A stretch of 64,000 nucleotides of DNA from positions 32,001 through 96,000 of the IMG/VR virus record IMGVR_UViG_3300032030_000020. One strand, written 5' to 3'. Every line of letters starts with the position of its first letter. Positions within the stretch are counted from its first letter, which is position 1. Below the pieces are notes generated by a model that was given only the letters and a program-made list of their open reading frames with translations, searched no databases and was not told where the DNA came from. Positions 1 to 9,720 of the stretch are shown piece after piece. The DNA comes from a virus (lineage: Duplodnaviria; Caudoviricetes). The translations under genes and the position numbers were made by a program.

Positions 1-1
1 T

Positions 2-457
2 CTCGAAAAAATCCGGTGGAATGATGTCGTCTGCGAGTCCTACGACGCTGCAAAGGAATGGATTGAAAAACACGACAAAGGATGGTACGAGCAGCTTGCA
101 GTAGCGTACAAAGCGCCCGTCAGGGGCTATGAAGATTCTGACAAAATCAGAGAGTTGAACGCAAAGATCGCGGAAGCAAGAAAACTGTTTATGAGCCGAG
201 ACGACGTGTTGTACCCCAAGACCCGCACTTCAGAATTTATCGGATGTTCTGCATGTGGAAGTAGGCTTGCAAGTAAGTTACTAGTTTCCAACAAGTGTCC
301 TGTGTGTCATTCTGATTTACGGCCGGAAACAATGCTTAAATCCATTGAAGCTGCCAGAGCAAAGTATTCTAAAGCACTAAAAACCAAAGAAGAATACGTC
401 CTAAAACACACCAAGAAAGAAATTCGATGGCTTGTTAAGATTGAATACCACACTTAA
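2..457 (+). CDS. Hypothetical zinc-ribbon protein, 5' truncated
   Basis: Frame is open from position 2 (LEKIRWNDVV...) into the listed 155 ORF; CxxC...CxxC motif. Confidence 0.7.
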   Translation, partial: LEKIRWNDVVCESYDAAKEWIEKHDKGWYEQLAVAYKAPVRGYEDSDKIRELNAKIAEARKLFMSRDDVLYPKTRTSEFIGCSACGSRLASKLLVSNKCPVCHSDLRPETMLKSIEAARAKYSKALKTKEEYVLKHTKKEIRWLVKIEYHT

Positions 458-510
458 TTTGTCAAATCTGGTAGGGACATTCGAAAATTACCATATAGGA
501 GAAAAGAAAG

Positions 511-1128
511 ATGCCGAACTGGGTATATAACAAAGTGCACTTCTACGGAGAACAGAAAGAAATTGACAAGCTGAAGAAATTTGTAAAGAGCAAAGAATCT
601 GTTTTTGATTTTAATAAGATTATTCCCATGCCGGAAGAACTGAACCTTGAGTCTGGCAGCCACGAAGACGTTGCTGTGGATTGTGCGCTTGCCAAACGTC
701 TGGGTTTTACAACAAGCGAAAAATATGAAGCACGCCCTTGGAGTCAAACAAAAACGTTTGACGAGTGGGCTGAGCTTGGAGAAAAGTATCTCGGCAATAT
801 CGAAAAATACGGACATCCGACATGGTATACATGGTGTTGCGATAAATGGGGAACCAAGTGGAACGCCTGCGATGCAGACTGGTCCGAGAACGATGTGGAG
901 TTCAACACGGCTTGGTCTGCTCCGACTCCGATTTTTGAGAAACTGAGTCAGGAATTTCCGAAAGTGTATTTCAACGTTTCGTACGCCGATGAAGACCTTG
1001 GACGCAACAACGGAACGATAAGCTGGGATGGAGACTCTTTTACAGACGATGAGCTGAACGATTTTGATTTCGCCTGTGAAGTATGGGGATACGACCCGGA
1101 AGAAATGAGAGAGGAACGTGACGTATGA
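511..1128 (+). CDS. DUF1281/YubB ferredoxin-like domain protein
   Basis: MPNW start; WYxWC..KWGTKWNA and FNTAWSAP motifs. Confidence 0.75.
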   Translation: MPNWVYNKVHFYGEQKEIDKLKKFVKSKESVFDFNKIIPMPEELNLESGSHEDVAVDCALAKRLGFTTSEKYEARPWSQTKTFDEWAELGEKYLGNIEKYGHPTWYTWCCDKWGTKWNACDADWSENDVEFNTAWSAPTPIFEKLSQEFPKVYFNVSYADEDLGRNNGTISWDGDSFTDDELNDFDFACEVWGYDPEEMREERDV

Positions 1129-1343
1129 ATGTCTATCTTTTAGTCGAGGAAACAGAACAGGAAGAGTTTACAGACAAACACGGAGATTCAGCCGCTGCTT
1201 TCAGTACAATCGTCGGCGTATACGAAACCCGTGAACGGGCCGAGAAAGAACAGAAAGCAATGGAAGACATGTCCAAAAGAAACGAAAAAGAATTGGGCTG
1301 CGATCCGCTGTTCTATTTTATTGAAGAAAGGCCTGTGCTGTAA
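1125..1343 (+). CDS. Hypothetical protein
   Basis: ATGA overlap with upstream gene; RBS GAGG. Confidence 0.7.
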   Translation: MNVYLLVEETEQEEFTDKHGDSAAAFSTIVGVYETRERAEKEQKAMEDMSKRNEKELGCDPLFYFIEERPVL

Positions 1344-1522
1344 TGTGTGTAGCGACTGTATTTTACGGAAGCAGTATCTATCGCAAACAGTTTAACACTA
1401 TGGCTGAAGCGCAGCAATGGCTGAATTCGGAAAACAAAAACATGGAATACACTACGATGATCGAAACATACGATGAGACCGGCCGGAAAACGGACGGTTT
1501 CTTTTTTACAACAAAGGAGTAA
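1343..1522 (+). CDS. Hypothetical protein (59 aa, not in ORF track)
   Basis: TAATG coupling; fills the gap exactly (MCVATVFY...TTKE). Confidence 0.6.
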   Translation: MCVATVFYGSSIYRKQFNTMAEAQQWLNSENKNMEYTTMIETYDETGRKTDGFFFTTKE

Positions 1523-1524
1523 AT

Positions 1525-1794
1525 ATGCAAAGCATTAGAATTAAACTACCCAACGGAGACTCTCTTGTGGCAGAAGAAACACCTTGCTTTGTTGGCGGAC
1601 AAATTACAATTGGCATCGAAAACAAAGAAGGAACATGGGTTCAGGATCTTGCTGTCGTTGAAACCAATTTCAACGGCAAGAAATATGTTCCTGACGAATT
1701 CAACACGTACGTGTTTGGCAACGAAGACGAAGAATCTTTTACGGAATGCTTTCTTGTTAAACGTATTCCAGACGAAGAACTTGAAGGAGATTAA
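1525..1794 (+). CDS. Hypothetical protein
   Basis: RBS AAGGAG; tight packing. Confidence 0.75.
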   Translation: MQSIRIKLPNGDSLVAEETPCFVGGQITIGIENKEGTWVQDLAVVETNFNGKKYVPDEFNTYVFGNEDEESFTECFLVKRIPDEELEGD

Positions 1795-1796
1795 CA

Positions 1797-2234
1797 ATGC
1801 AATATACGCAGGACGAGATCGAAGCGATGAAACAGGCGATGAAGCAGATCGAGGAATACATCGCAAAAGAGATTATGCCTTACACGAGAGAATTCTTTCA
1901 GGTTGGATGGGGAGAGAAGTATGTTGCTCCCCGAGGCTGGCATGACTGGACATGGACACACCATATCGGTGTATATCCCGATCTGAAGGTTGCGGCCTAC
2001 GGCAAACAGTATGGATCAAACAGAACGTTTATTATGCCGTCAGGAAAGTTTAACACATTGAAGGAAGCAAAGAAGTATCCCTACTTCTCTGATTCGTTCA
2101 CTCAGTCTATCTATGATGCTCCGTATGCAATGCAGGAAATCATTTCAAACTGGAAAGGTATCAAGAAAATGCTGCTCGATGGCAGTAATGAACAACTAAG
2201 AAAACTTAGAGCTATTCAGGAATTTCAAATCTAA
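1797..2234 (+). CDS. Hypothetical protein
   Basis: RBS AAGGAG; tight packing. Confidence 0.75.
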   Translation: MQYTQDEIEAMKQAMKQIEEYIAKEIMPYTREFFQVGWGEKYVAPRGWHDWTWTHHIGVYPDLKVAAYGKQYGSNRTFIMPSGKFNTLKEAKKYPYFSDSFTQSIYDAPYAMQEIISNWKGIKKMLLDGSNEQLRKLRAIQEFQI

Positions 2235-2242
2235 AAAGGACG

Positions 2243-3052
2243 GTGGTGCTTTTGAGTCTTTTAAAGGACGGACACCGGTTTTCTTATTCGCAACTGTCTT
2301 CTTTTTCGGAATGTCCATTTGGATATTATCTGAAGCATATTGAAGGAGTCCCTGATCAGTCGAACGGATTTGCTGAACAGGGCTCCTTAATTCATGACAT
2401 CCTTGACAAATGGGCAAAAGGAGAACTCAAAAAAGAAGATATGGCGGCCGAGTATATACGAAGATACCCGGACGAAGTAGTAACGTCTTTTCCCCGTATG
2501 CTGACAGCAAAAGGCTATGCAGAAAAGACATACAATCAGGGGTTGGAATACTTCAAGAACTTTGATGAGTTCCCGGGGTACAAGATTGTGTCAGCCGAAG
2601 AAAAGTTTGACCAGCCATTAAAGCTGACAGACGGTACAGAAAGACCGTTTATTGCGTTTGTTGATCTAATTCTCAGAGATGAATTCACAGACGGACTGGT
2701 TGTGTTTGACCACAAATCAAAATCACTGGCTGAGTTCAAGCGACACAGAGACGAAATGTATAAACAGCAATATCTGTATTCTTTCTTTGTGCATGAGAAG
2801 TATGGAGAATGGCCGGTTGCAACAGCTTTCAACCTGTTCAAAGCCGAAGGTTACAAGGATGTTCAGGAGTTCTCTATGAACAAATACAACGAAACCATGC
2901 AATGGGCAACAGACGCGATCCACAAGATTGAATCTTATGACGTGCTGGATTGGATGGAGTGCAAAGAACAGAAGACCCCAGGAAAACCGGATATGTTTTG
3001 TTCAGCAATATGTTCAAGCAGGCGAAATTGCCCTAATGCAATAACGAGGTAA
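2243..3052 (+). CDS. PD-(D/E)XK nuclease, Cas4/AddB-like with probable Fe-S cysteines
   Basis: SYSQLSSFSECP; GSLIH; E...D...DHK catalytic motif; C-terminal C-x3-C-x5-C. Confidence 0.85.
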   Translation: MVLLSLLKDGHRFSYSQLSSFSECPFGYYLKHIEGVPDQSNGFAEQGSLIHDILDKWAKGELKKEDMAAEYIRRYPDEVVTSFPRMLTAKGYAEKTYNQGLEYFKNFDEFPGYKIVSAEEKFDQPLKLTDGTERPFIAFVDLILRDEFTDGLVVFDHKSKSLAEFKRHRDEMYKQQYLYSFFVHEKYGEWPVATAFNLFKAEGYKDVQEFSMNKYNETMQWATDAIHKIESYDVLDWMECKEQKTPGKPDMFCSAICSSRRNCPNAITR

Positions 3053-3054
3053 GT

Positions 3055-3276
3055 ATGAGATACGACAGAGATCATTCAGACAGAGTGGCAGATGCGGCCA
3101 TCGGCAACGCTAATAAGGAATGGACATACATGGCAAGGCTGGCTCTAAAGCTCAGGACGACCAGCGTTAATCCGACGTGGGCGGAAGAACAGGAAAAGAA
3201 ATTTATCGGCATCTTTAAGCGACTGCTCACAGATCCGCTGGACGAAGTAGAAAGAGAGGCGAAGACCAATGCGTAA
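3055..3276 (+). CDS. Hypothetical protein
   Basis: RBS GAGGT; operon packing. Confidence 0.7.
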   Translation: MRYDRDHSDRVADAAIGNANKEWTYMARLALKLRTTSVNPTWAEEQEKKFIGIFKRLLTDPLDEVEREAKTNA

Positions 3277-3547
3277 AGGAACGCAGAAAATGTTTCCAAG
3301 AGAATGGAACAAATTTGTTGGAATGATGTTCGATGCGGCAGAACAGGATGAACTTCCTCTCGCCTTTCAAGTAGATGACGTAAACCTGTTTTCTTTCAAA
3401 GATATCGAAGATACCTTCAACGATTTCAAAGAAACAACAGGGCTTGACGTTACAGGACATATGTTCCTTTGTCCGGACTGCGGCAAGCTGCATTTAATAG
3501 TCGAAGTAGATTATGACGAAGAAGACGAAGATACCCTAATTCAGTAA
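3269..3547 (+). CDS. Hypothetical acidic CxxC protein
   Basis: Overlaps upstream gene; CPDCG motif; acidic tail. Confidence 0.7.
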   Translation: MRKGTQKMFPREWNKFVGMMFDAAEQDELPLAFQVDDVNLFSFKDIEDTFNDFKETTGLDVTGHMFLCPDCGKLHLIVEVDYDEEDEDTLIQ

Positions 3548-3565
3548 AAAAGGGGGAGAGCGTGG

Positions 3566-6500
3566 TTGGAACCACAACTGGAATACTATCATTGCCACAG
3601 CGCGTATAGTAACGCTTTGACGCAGCCGGATTCTACGTGTTTCATTTCCGACTACGCAAATGAATACCGAAGACGCGGAAACAAGGTGCTGTGTTTATCC
3701 GAGCACGGCAACAGGTCAAACGTATGGGAACAGTTTGATATCTGCGAATCATTTAAGAAAGACAAAGAACCTTATGAGATGACGCCTTTGGCGGCCGCAG
3801 AAGTATATTTTGTACCGGATCGAAAGGCGTTAATCGACGGCAAACTGGACGGAAGAAACTTCCACTTGATTTTGGTCGCAAAGAATCAGGAAGGGTTCTA
3901 TCAGCTAAATGAGATCTTGTCTGAAGCCAATCTGACAGGATACTACTATCATGCACGAGTGGACTTTGATCTTTTAGGGCGGCTGAATTACAAGAACTTT
4001 CTGTGCACGACGGCCTGCGTTGCAGGAATCTGCAAGGATGAGAACTACACACAACTTGCATGTCAACTCGGAGAGATCTTCCACGAGAACTTCTACCTTG
4101 AAATACAGCATCATCCGCAGAAGATTCAGGTGGAAACCAACATGAAGGTGATGCGGCTGTACCAGAAGTATCACTGGCCGCTGATCTATGGGTCAGACTC
4201 TCACTATATTAAGAAGGAAGACAAGATTCTCAGGTCTGAATTAATCAAGTCGGCCGGTATTACTTACGGCGACGAAGATTCTTTTGATCTGTATCTTCCA
4301 ACTTATCAGGAAGCCTATGAAATGCTTGAGAATCAAGGTGTGTTAACCAGAGCAAGAATCGAAGAAGCAATGGAGAACACGTTAATTCTCAGGGAGTTTG
4401 AAGGGGTAAAGTTTACACGGGAAAAGAAGATTCCTACACTATATCCGAATTCTTCGATGGAAGAACGCAATCAAATGTTCAAAGAAACCGTTTTGAGAGA
4501 ATATATCAAAAAGAACGGTCAACCAACCGAAGAAGAGATGGCAGAAATCCAAGCCGAGATTGATACAATCACAAGCACGAACACTGCTGATTACTTCCTG
4601 ACACTCAAAAAGATTGTAGATCGCGGAAAAGAACTAGGTGGCGTATTAACAACAACTGGCAGAGGGTCGGCAGCGTCTTTTATTTGTAATCACGCTCTTG
4701 GATTCTCGTCTATCAACAGGTTGCATGCTCCCGTAAAGATGATGCCTGAGCGTTTTGTCAGCGCAGATCGCTTAGTTAACGGGCTTCCTGATGTTGACGC
4801 AAACATGTTCGGTACCGAAGCGTTCGATAAAGCAGGTAAAGAATTCCTTGGAGAATACGGTTGTTTGCCAATGATTGCGTTCGGTACAACCAAAACTTTA
4901 TCTGCTTTCAAGATGCTTGCACGCGCCAGAGATCTGGATTTCGAAACCGCGAATGCTATTTCAAAACAGATATCTGCTTACGAACTAGATGTAAAACACG
5001 CAAAAGACAACAACGCAGACGATGATGACTACGATGTAGATGACGATGTAAAAATTGGAGACTATGTAGAAGAACAATATCTTCCGTTACTTGAAGAATC
5101 CAAAAAATACAAAGGCATCATCACAAGCCTGAGTCCACATCCATGTGCACGACTGCTTCTGGACCGTGACATTCGCAGAGAAATAGGAGTAGTCAGAGTC
5201 AAATCCAAATCAGGAACAAAAGACGCTGTTTATGCAGCATTTATCGACGGCCGAACAGCAGATAGCTTCAATTACGTGAAAGCGGATTATCTTCGTGTGG
5301 ACGTTGTCGGAATTATTTCCGAAACGTTTAAAGCCATAGGTAAAGACGTAATGAGCGTCGACGAATTGTTGGCAGAAGTAAAGAACGATCCGGCGGTTTG
5401 GAAACTGTATTGGAATGGATTTACACAAGGATTGAACCAGATCGAAAAAGAAGGAACCACTCAAAAGGCTATCCAGTATAAGCCAAAGAACGTAGAAGAG
5501 CTCACTGGACTAATTGCTGGAATCCGGCCGGGTTTTAGATCGATGATAAATACGTTTATCAATCGTCAACATTTCGACTATGGTATTCCATCATTGGACA
5601 AGCTTCTTCAAACAAAAGCAATTCCTGACTCTTTTCTGATCTATGACGAGCAGATTCTAAAGATTCTAAAGACAGCAGGAATCCCAGGACCGGAAGCTTA
5701 CGCAACCGTAAAAGCCATCAAGAAGAAAAAGACGGAAAAGGTTTTAGCAGAAAAGGAAAAGTTCAAAACAGGATTTACAAAAGTTCTACAGGAAACAGAA
5801 GGAGCCAGCGAAAAGAAAGCTCACGAAGTAGTAGAACAGATATGGACCATTATAGAAAATGCAGCAAACTATATGTTTTGTGCTGCTCATGCATTTTCAA
5901 TGGCCTGCGACAGTCTTTACTGTGCATGGCTTAAAGTCCATTATCCTTACGAACTCTATACTACTATGTTGAAACTGTACGACGAAAAGAAGAACACTGA
6001 CAAGATCTCTTCCATTATTGCTGAGATGAAGCGCTACAAAAACATTCAGCTGCTTGTTGGAAAATGGGGACAGGACAATACAGACTGGCTTATCGACAAA
6101 GAAAACAATACGATCAGCCAGAGTATTTCATCCATCAAATACATGTCTAAACAGGTAGCGGAAGAACTATACAAGCTCAGCCAGCAGGAAGAAGCTTATA
6201 TCGGTACAACTTACGAGTCTCCTGTGTTTACCCCGGAAGTCAAAAAGCAAATCGCCGCCATCAAAAAGAAGCTGAAACCGCTTCAACAGAAAGCAGAAGA
6301 AATGCTGAACCTAGGCGTAGACGAATTTGATCCAGAGTTCCTTGAGCTCTACGATCAAGGCTATCCTTTGGAGCAGGAGATTAAAAGACTTGAAGCCGAC
6401 GATGCTTCTTATGTTACTCGCGGCGGCGAAATTAAACACTATGCCAAACTGGACTGCTTTACCAATGTTTTACGAGCATTGCAGGTTGGAAGCTGTCTTG

Positions 6501-7024
6501 ATACAAGGCAGATTGATATTCTGATTTCGTTAAACTATTTCCAGCAGTTCGGGAAAACAGGCAAACTGAAACAAGTGTTCGAGTACTTCTTCAACGGCGA
6601 CAAGAAAGTCACCAAGACAATCAAATCCTTCAAAGAAAGGATGGATGCCTGTCGGCAATACGAGGCTTCGCTTGTTGACTCCGATCTTCCGACAGGCTTA
6701 CGCCTTCGCTATGAAATGGATAACGTCGGCCTATGCATTTCGACCCAACCCGACGCTCCGAATAATGCTTATTTCGTAACGGCAATCGACGATAAATACA
6801 CGATCAAGTTAAATCTTTACAACATCCGCCGTGGAACAAGTGGTCTTGTAAAGGTGGCGAAAAAAGATTATCATACAGTCGGAGAAGGATCGTGTATTAC
6901 GATTGAGAACTACAGAAAGAGTCCGAAGTACTCGTACAACAAAGGTAAGAAAACGATTATCCCCGGAGAGACAGAGATTTGGGTAACCAATTATAACGTG
7001 CTACAAAAAGGCAATATCGCCTGA
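3566..7024 (+). CDS. dnaE: DNA polymerase III alpha subunit (C family, phage DnaE)
   Basis: PHP motifs HCHSAYS, EHG, DSHY; GRGSAA; catalytic PDVD and KADYL; SPHPC; HhH region. Confidence 0.95.
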   Translation: MEPQLEYYHCHSAYSNALTQPDSTCFISDYANEYRRRGNKVLCLSEHGNRSNVWEQFDICESFKKDKEPYEMTPLAAAEVYFVPDRKALIDGKLDGRNFHLILVAKNQEGFYQLNEILSEANLTGYYYHARVDFDLLGRLNYKNFLCTTACVAGICKDENYTQLACQLGEIFHENFYLEIQHHPQKIQVETNMKVMRLYQKYHWPLIYGSDSHYIKKEDKILRSELIKSAGITYGDEDSFDLYLPTYQEAYEMLENQGVLTRARIEEAMENTLILREFEGVKFTREKKIPTLYPNSSMEERNQMFKETVLREYIKKNGQPTEEEMAEIQAEIDTITSTNTADYFLTLKKIVDRGKELGGVLTTTGRGSAASFICNHALGFSSINRLHAPVKMMPERFVSADRLVNGLPDVDANMFGTEAFDKAGKEFLGEYGCLPMIAFGTTKTLSAFKMLARARDLDFETANAISKQISAYELDVKHAKDNNADDDDYDVDDDVKIGDYVEEQYLPLLEESKKYKGIITSLSPHPCARLLLDRDIRREIGVVRVKSKSGTKDAVYAAFIDGRTADSFNYVKADYLRVDVVGIISETFKAIGKDVMSVDELLAEVKNDPAVWKLYWNGFTQGLNQIEKEGTTQKAIQYKPKNVEELTGLIAGIRPGFRSMINTFINRQHFDYGIPSLDKLLQTKAIPDSFLIYDEQILKILKTAGIPGPEAYATVKAIKKKKTEKVLAEKEKFKTGFTKVLQETEGASEKKAHEVVEQIWTIIENAANYMFCAAHAFSMACDSLYCAWLKVHYPYELYTTMLKLYDEKKNTDKISSIIAEMKRYKNIQLLVGKWGQDNTDWLIDKENNTISQSISSIKYMSKQVAEELYKLSQQEEAYIGTTYESPVFTPEVKKQIAAIKKKLKPLQQKAEEMLNLGVDEFDPEFLELYDQGYPLEQEIKRLEADDASYVTRGGEIKHYAKLDCFTNVLRALQVGSCLDTRQIDILISLNYFQQFGKTGKLKQVFEYFFNGDKKVTKTIKSFKERMDACRQYEASLVDSDLPTGLRLRYEMDNVGLCISTQPDAPNNAYFVTAIDDKYTIKLNLYNIRRGTSGLVKVAKKDYHTVGEGSCITIENYRKSPKYSYNKGKKTIIPGETEIWVTNYNVLQKGNIA

Positions 7025-7063
7025 AAAATCATGACTCCCATAGAGATTAGAAAGGAAAAGTCA

Positions 7064-7363
7064 ATGAAAAGAGTTTACGGCGTCCAGAGCGTTCTTGGCG
7101 GCCAGAATTACTACGATGAGACCGGCAAGCTGATAGGCTATTCCGTGCCGGGAATCGGTGGCGGAGAAGACTTCTACGGAACAGATGGAGAATTTGGATA
7201 CTCAGTTAATTCAGTATTCGGCGGCTCCAACTATTACGGAAGCGATGGAACGAAAGCATACTCGGTAGAGTCTCCGTTCGGCGGAGAAACCATTTACGGA
7301 GATCACTCTGGATTCAGTCTTGATTCTCCGTTCGGCGGCTCAGATATTTTTCTTGACGAATAA
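7064..7363 (+). CDS. Gly/aromatic beta-hairpin repeat protein
   Basis: About 5 repeats of YSVxSxFGGxxxYGxDG; RBS AAAGGA favours ATG 7064. Confidence 0.7.
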   Translation: MKRVYGVQSVLGGQNYYDETGKLIGYSVPGIGGGEDFYGTDGEFGYSVNSVFGGSNYYGSDGTKAYSVESPFGGETIYGDHSGFSLDSPFGGSDIFLDE

Positions 7364-7403
7364 AGATTAGCAAGGGAGTCCCACAAGAAAGAAGGGACGA
7401 CCT

Positions 7404-7835
7404 ATGGGCTACATGCTGCCCTTACGATTCATTGAGGTATCATCGGAACCAGCGGTATCTATTTGTGCAACACGGATTGTTGCAATGATGTCTACAAAAA
7501 ACTACCAAGCCAGAAGAACAATCTACAATGAGAAGAAATCAGGCACCCTGATCAACGCATGCGGCAACAAAGCCGCCAAGACAGCAATCTTTCTTGATAA
7601 TGGTGCTGTGGTTTCTTCGCCTAAAACGATTAGTGTTCTTATGACAGCCGTCGAAAAATCCAACATGAAAGCCAACGCTAAGTCTTCTGTAAGGATGAAG
7701 ATCTACGACGTGTACGACGAAGATCCGACAGAAGAAACAGACGAAGAAGAAGAAGTCATGTCGGATTACGGAATCGACGACGAAGAATTTGACGAAGAAC
7801 TCGACGACGAGTTCGAAGACTTTGACGGTGAATAA
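7404..7835 (+). CDS. RemA/DUF370-like protein with long acidic tail
   Basis: ICATRIVAMMS...ARRTI..EKKSGTLINACG.KAAKTAIFLDNGAVVSS aligns by eye with RemA; last ~43 aa are D/E-rich. Confidence 0.7.
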   Translation: MGYMLPLRFIEVSSEPAVSICATRIVAMMSTKNYQARRTIYNEKKSGTLINACGNKAAKTAIFLDNGAVVSSPKTISVLMTAVEKSNMKANAKSSVRMKIYDVYDEDPTEETDEEEEVMSDYGIDDEEFDEELDDEFEDFDGE

Positions 7836-7902
7836 CGCGATGAGCGTATTCATACAATGCGCAGCAAGCTCGACTGCGTAAATAATAATAAGGAGTGATT
7901 AT

Positions 7903-8133
7903 ATGTACGGAGACGAAGAGCAGAACGATATTATGCGAATGATTAACGACTACAAAGGAGAAGAAGACATGGAAGATCGTATGGAAAATCGTATTGCGAA
8001 GATCACAAAGGACATCGAAGCCTACCAGGAAGCCATCGAGAACGCGGAAGGAGCACTCGCCGAAGCAGAGCGTGAACTTGTGGAAGAGCTGGATCGCCGG
8101 GTAGGATCGCTCGACATTGAGATGCCGGAATAA
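7903..8133 (+). CDS. Acidic coiled-coil hypothetical protein
   Basis: RBS AAGGAG; heptad pattern. Confidence 0.7.
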   Translation: MYGDEEQNDIMRMINDYKGEEDMEDRMENRIAKITKDIEAYQEAIENAEGALAEAERELVEELDRRVGSLDIEMPE

Positions 8134-8171
8134 GAAATAGAATAAAAAAAAAAAAAAAGAACGAATAAGAG

Positions 8172-8203
8172 AACGGAGCCGCATCAAAGCGGCTCCGTTT
8201 TTT
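8172..8203 (+). terminator. Intrinsic terminator
   Basis: AACGGAGCCGC-ATCAAA-GCGGCTCCGTT followed by a T run. Confidence 0.85.
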
Positions 8204-8221
8204 AAGATTAAGGAGAAAAAA

Positions 8222-8683
8222 ATGGGGTACTACGCCGATTACGACGGCTACATCAAGTTTAAGAAAGAACCCGGGGACGACGTGCGAAATGCAATTGAGA
8301 ATTGTTTCGCCGGATATGCAGAAGACGAGCTGTCTTACTCCTTGGACGGATCAGACAAATACTACGAAGACTTTGTTTACGAAACGCTCGACAAAACAAA
8401 ACAGGATTGCGAGAAAGGCGAGATCGAATATCGAGGAGAAGACGGCTGTCTCTGGAGGTTTGTCTTCATAAACGGAGAATGGATTGAAGAAAACGGTTTT
8501 GTAAAGTATACAGAAGAAGGCGTCGATCCGAAAAATCAAGAAGAGTTCATCGGACAGATTATCGACGTATTCGAAGACGCTTTAGGCGGCTCGGAAGTGC
8601 TCATCAAAGATGACAAGTACGACCAGATTGCAGAGCAGCTAAACCAGCTGATGAAGAACTGGAACGTTTATAAGGAGAATTGA
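8222..8683 (+). CDS. Hypothetical protein
   Basis: RBS AAGGAG. Confidence 0.8.
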   Translation: MGYYADYDGYIKFKKEPGDDVRNAIENCFAGYAEDELSYSLDGSDKYYEDFVYETLDKTKQDCEKGEIEYRGEDGCLWRFVFINGEWIEENGFVKYTEEGVDPKNQEEFIGQIIDVFEDALGGSEVLIKDDKYDQIAEQLNQLMKNWNVYKEN

Positions 8684-8684
8684 T

Positions 8685-9041
8685 GTGATTCTCTATTCAA
8701 ACGGGCAAATCAAGTACGAAAACCGGCTCGACAAAACTACATTGATAATCAACCTTTCGCTGGAATCGGGGCAGGATTTGATGAAGAATCTCCCTGTCAT
8801 TCTGCAGGACTACAAAAGATACGTAGAATGCATTGAGTTTACCGGAGAAATCACCGATCCGTATGAGATGTGCAAGATTCTTCAGCAGATTCACGGCGCA
8901 AATCTGCGCACCTGTGTTAAGTGTGCCAGCCCGGACAAACTCAGTGCGGCTATGCTGAGCGAACTGGACTACGCTGAAGCCGAAGACAAAGTCTTTCAGA
9001 AAGAGTATTCACCTTTCGCGGACGAGTATATTTGGATGTAA
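8685..9041 (+). CDS. Degenerate NrdG-like (anaerobic RNR activase) protein lacking CX3CX2C
   Basis: TLIINLS, CIEFTGE, LRTCV and LDY segments resemble short NrdG-like activases; the Cys loop is absent. Confidence 0.5.
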   Translation: MILYSNGQIKYENRLDKTTLIINLSLESGQDLMKNLPVILQDYKRYVECIEFTGEITDPYEMCKILQQIHGANLRTCVKCASPDKLSAAMLSELDYAEAEDKVFQKEYSPFADEYIWM

Positions 9042-9128
9042 ACATGTACAATCTGGTTGGGACATTCGAAAATATGCGTAATGGAGAAAAGAACATCTTT
9101 TCTACTAACAAACAAAAGGTGATTTGAA

Positions 9129-9644
9129 TTGAAAGTATTTGCAATTGACCCCGGCAACGAACAAAGCGCGTACTGCATCATGGACGATCAGTACAATCTC
9201 TACGAGTTTGCCAAGTGGCCAAACAAACAAATCATGGAAAAGCTTTGCTCAAAACTTTCAGATGTGGATCTTATCGTCATAGAGCGCATGATGAGCTACG
9301 GCATGCCAGTAGGAGCCGAAGTCTTTATCAGTTGCGAGTGGATCGGAAGATTTGCGCAGGAAGCAGAGAAGAAAAAACCCGTAGAGTATGTATACCGAAA
9401 AGACGAAAAGCTATACATGTGCGGCAGTCCAAAGGCAACAGACTCTAATATCCGTCACGCATTAATCGAACGTTTTGCCAAGTTTGACACAGCCAGGGGA
9501 ACCGGCACAAAAAAGAACCCTGATTTTTTCTACGGAGTCACAAAAGACGTGTGGAGCAGTATAGCTATTGCTACCACGAAACTCGACATGATAAAGGAGA
9601 AAGAACATGGCAAAGCTAAAGAACTTTCTCACTCAGAAGATTGA
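9129..9644 (+). CDS. RuvC-like Holliday junction resolvase
   Basis: AIDPG; IVIE; C-terminal D..S.IAIA. Confidence 0.8.
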   Translation: MKVFAIDPGNEQSAYCIMDDQYNLYEFAKWPNKQIMEKLCSKLSDVDLIVIERMMSYGMPVGAEVFISCEWIGRFAQEAEKKKPVEYVYRKDEKLYMCGSPKATDSNIRHALIERFAKFDTARGTGTKKNPDFFYGVTKDVWSSIAIATTKLDMIKEKEHGKAKELSHSED

Positions 9645-9720
9645 TCTTCCTGTATGGACAATTCTTCTGTTTGATCTCGTATTGATCCTTACAGCGATTG
9701 TTTTCATTGTAAGGATTTAA
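9607..9720 (+). CDS. Small membrane peptide (37 aa)
   Basis: RBS AAGGAG; one hydrophobic helix. Confidence 0.55.
   Translation: MAKLKNFLTQKIDLPVWTILLFDLVLILTAIVFIVRI

Noticed and set aside
6188-6449. Intein in DnaE
   Set aside because: No N-terminal C/S block, no HN-C/S/T junction, and too short
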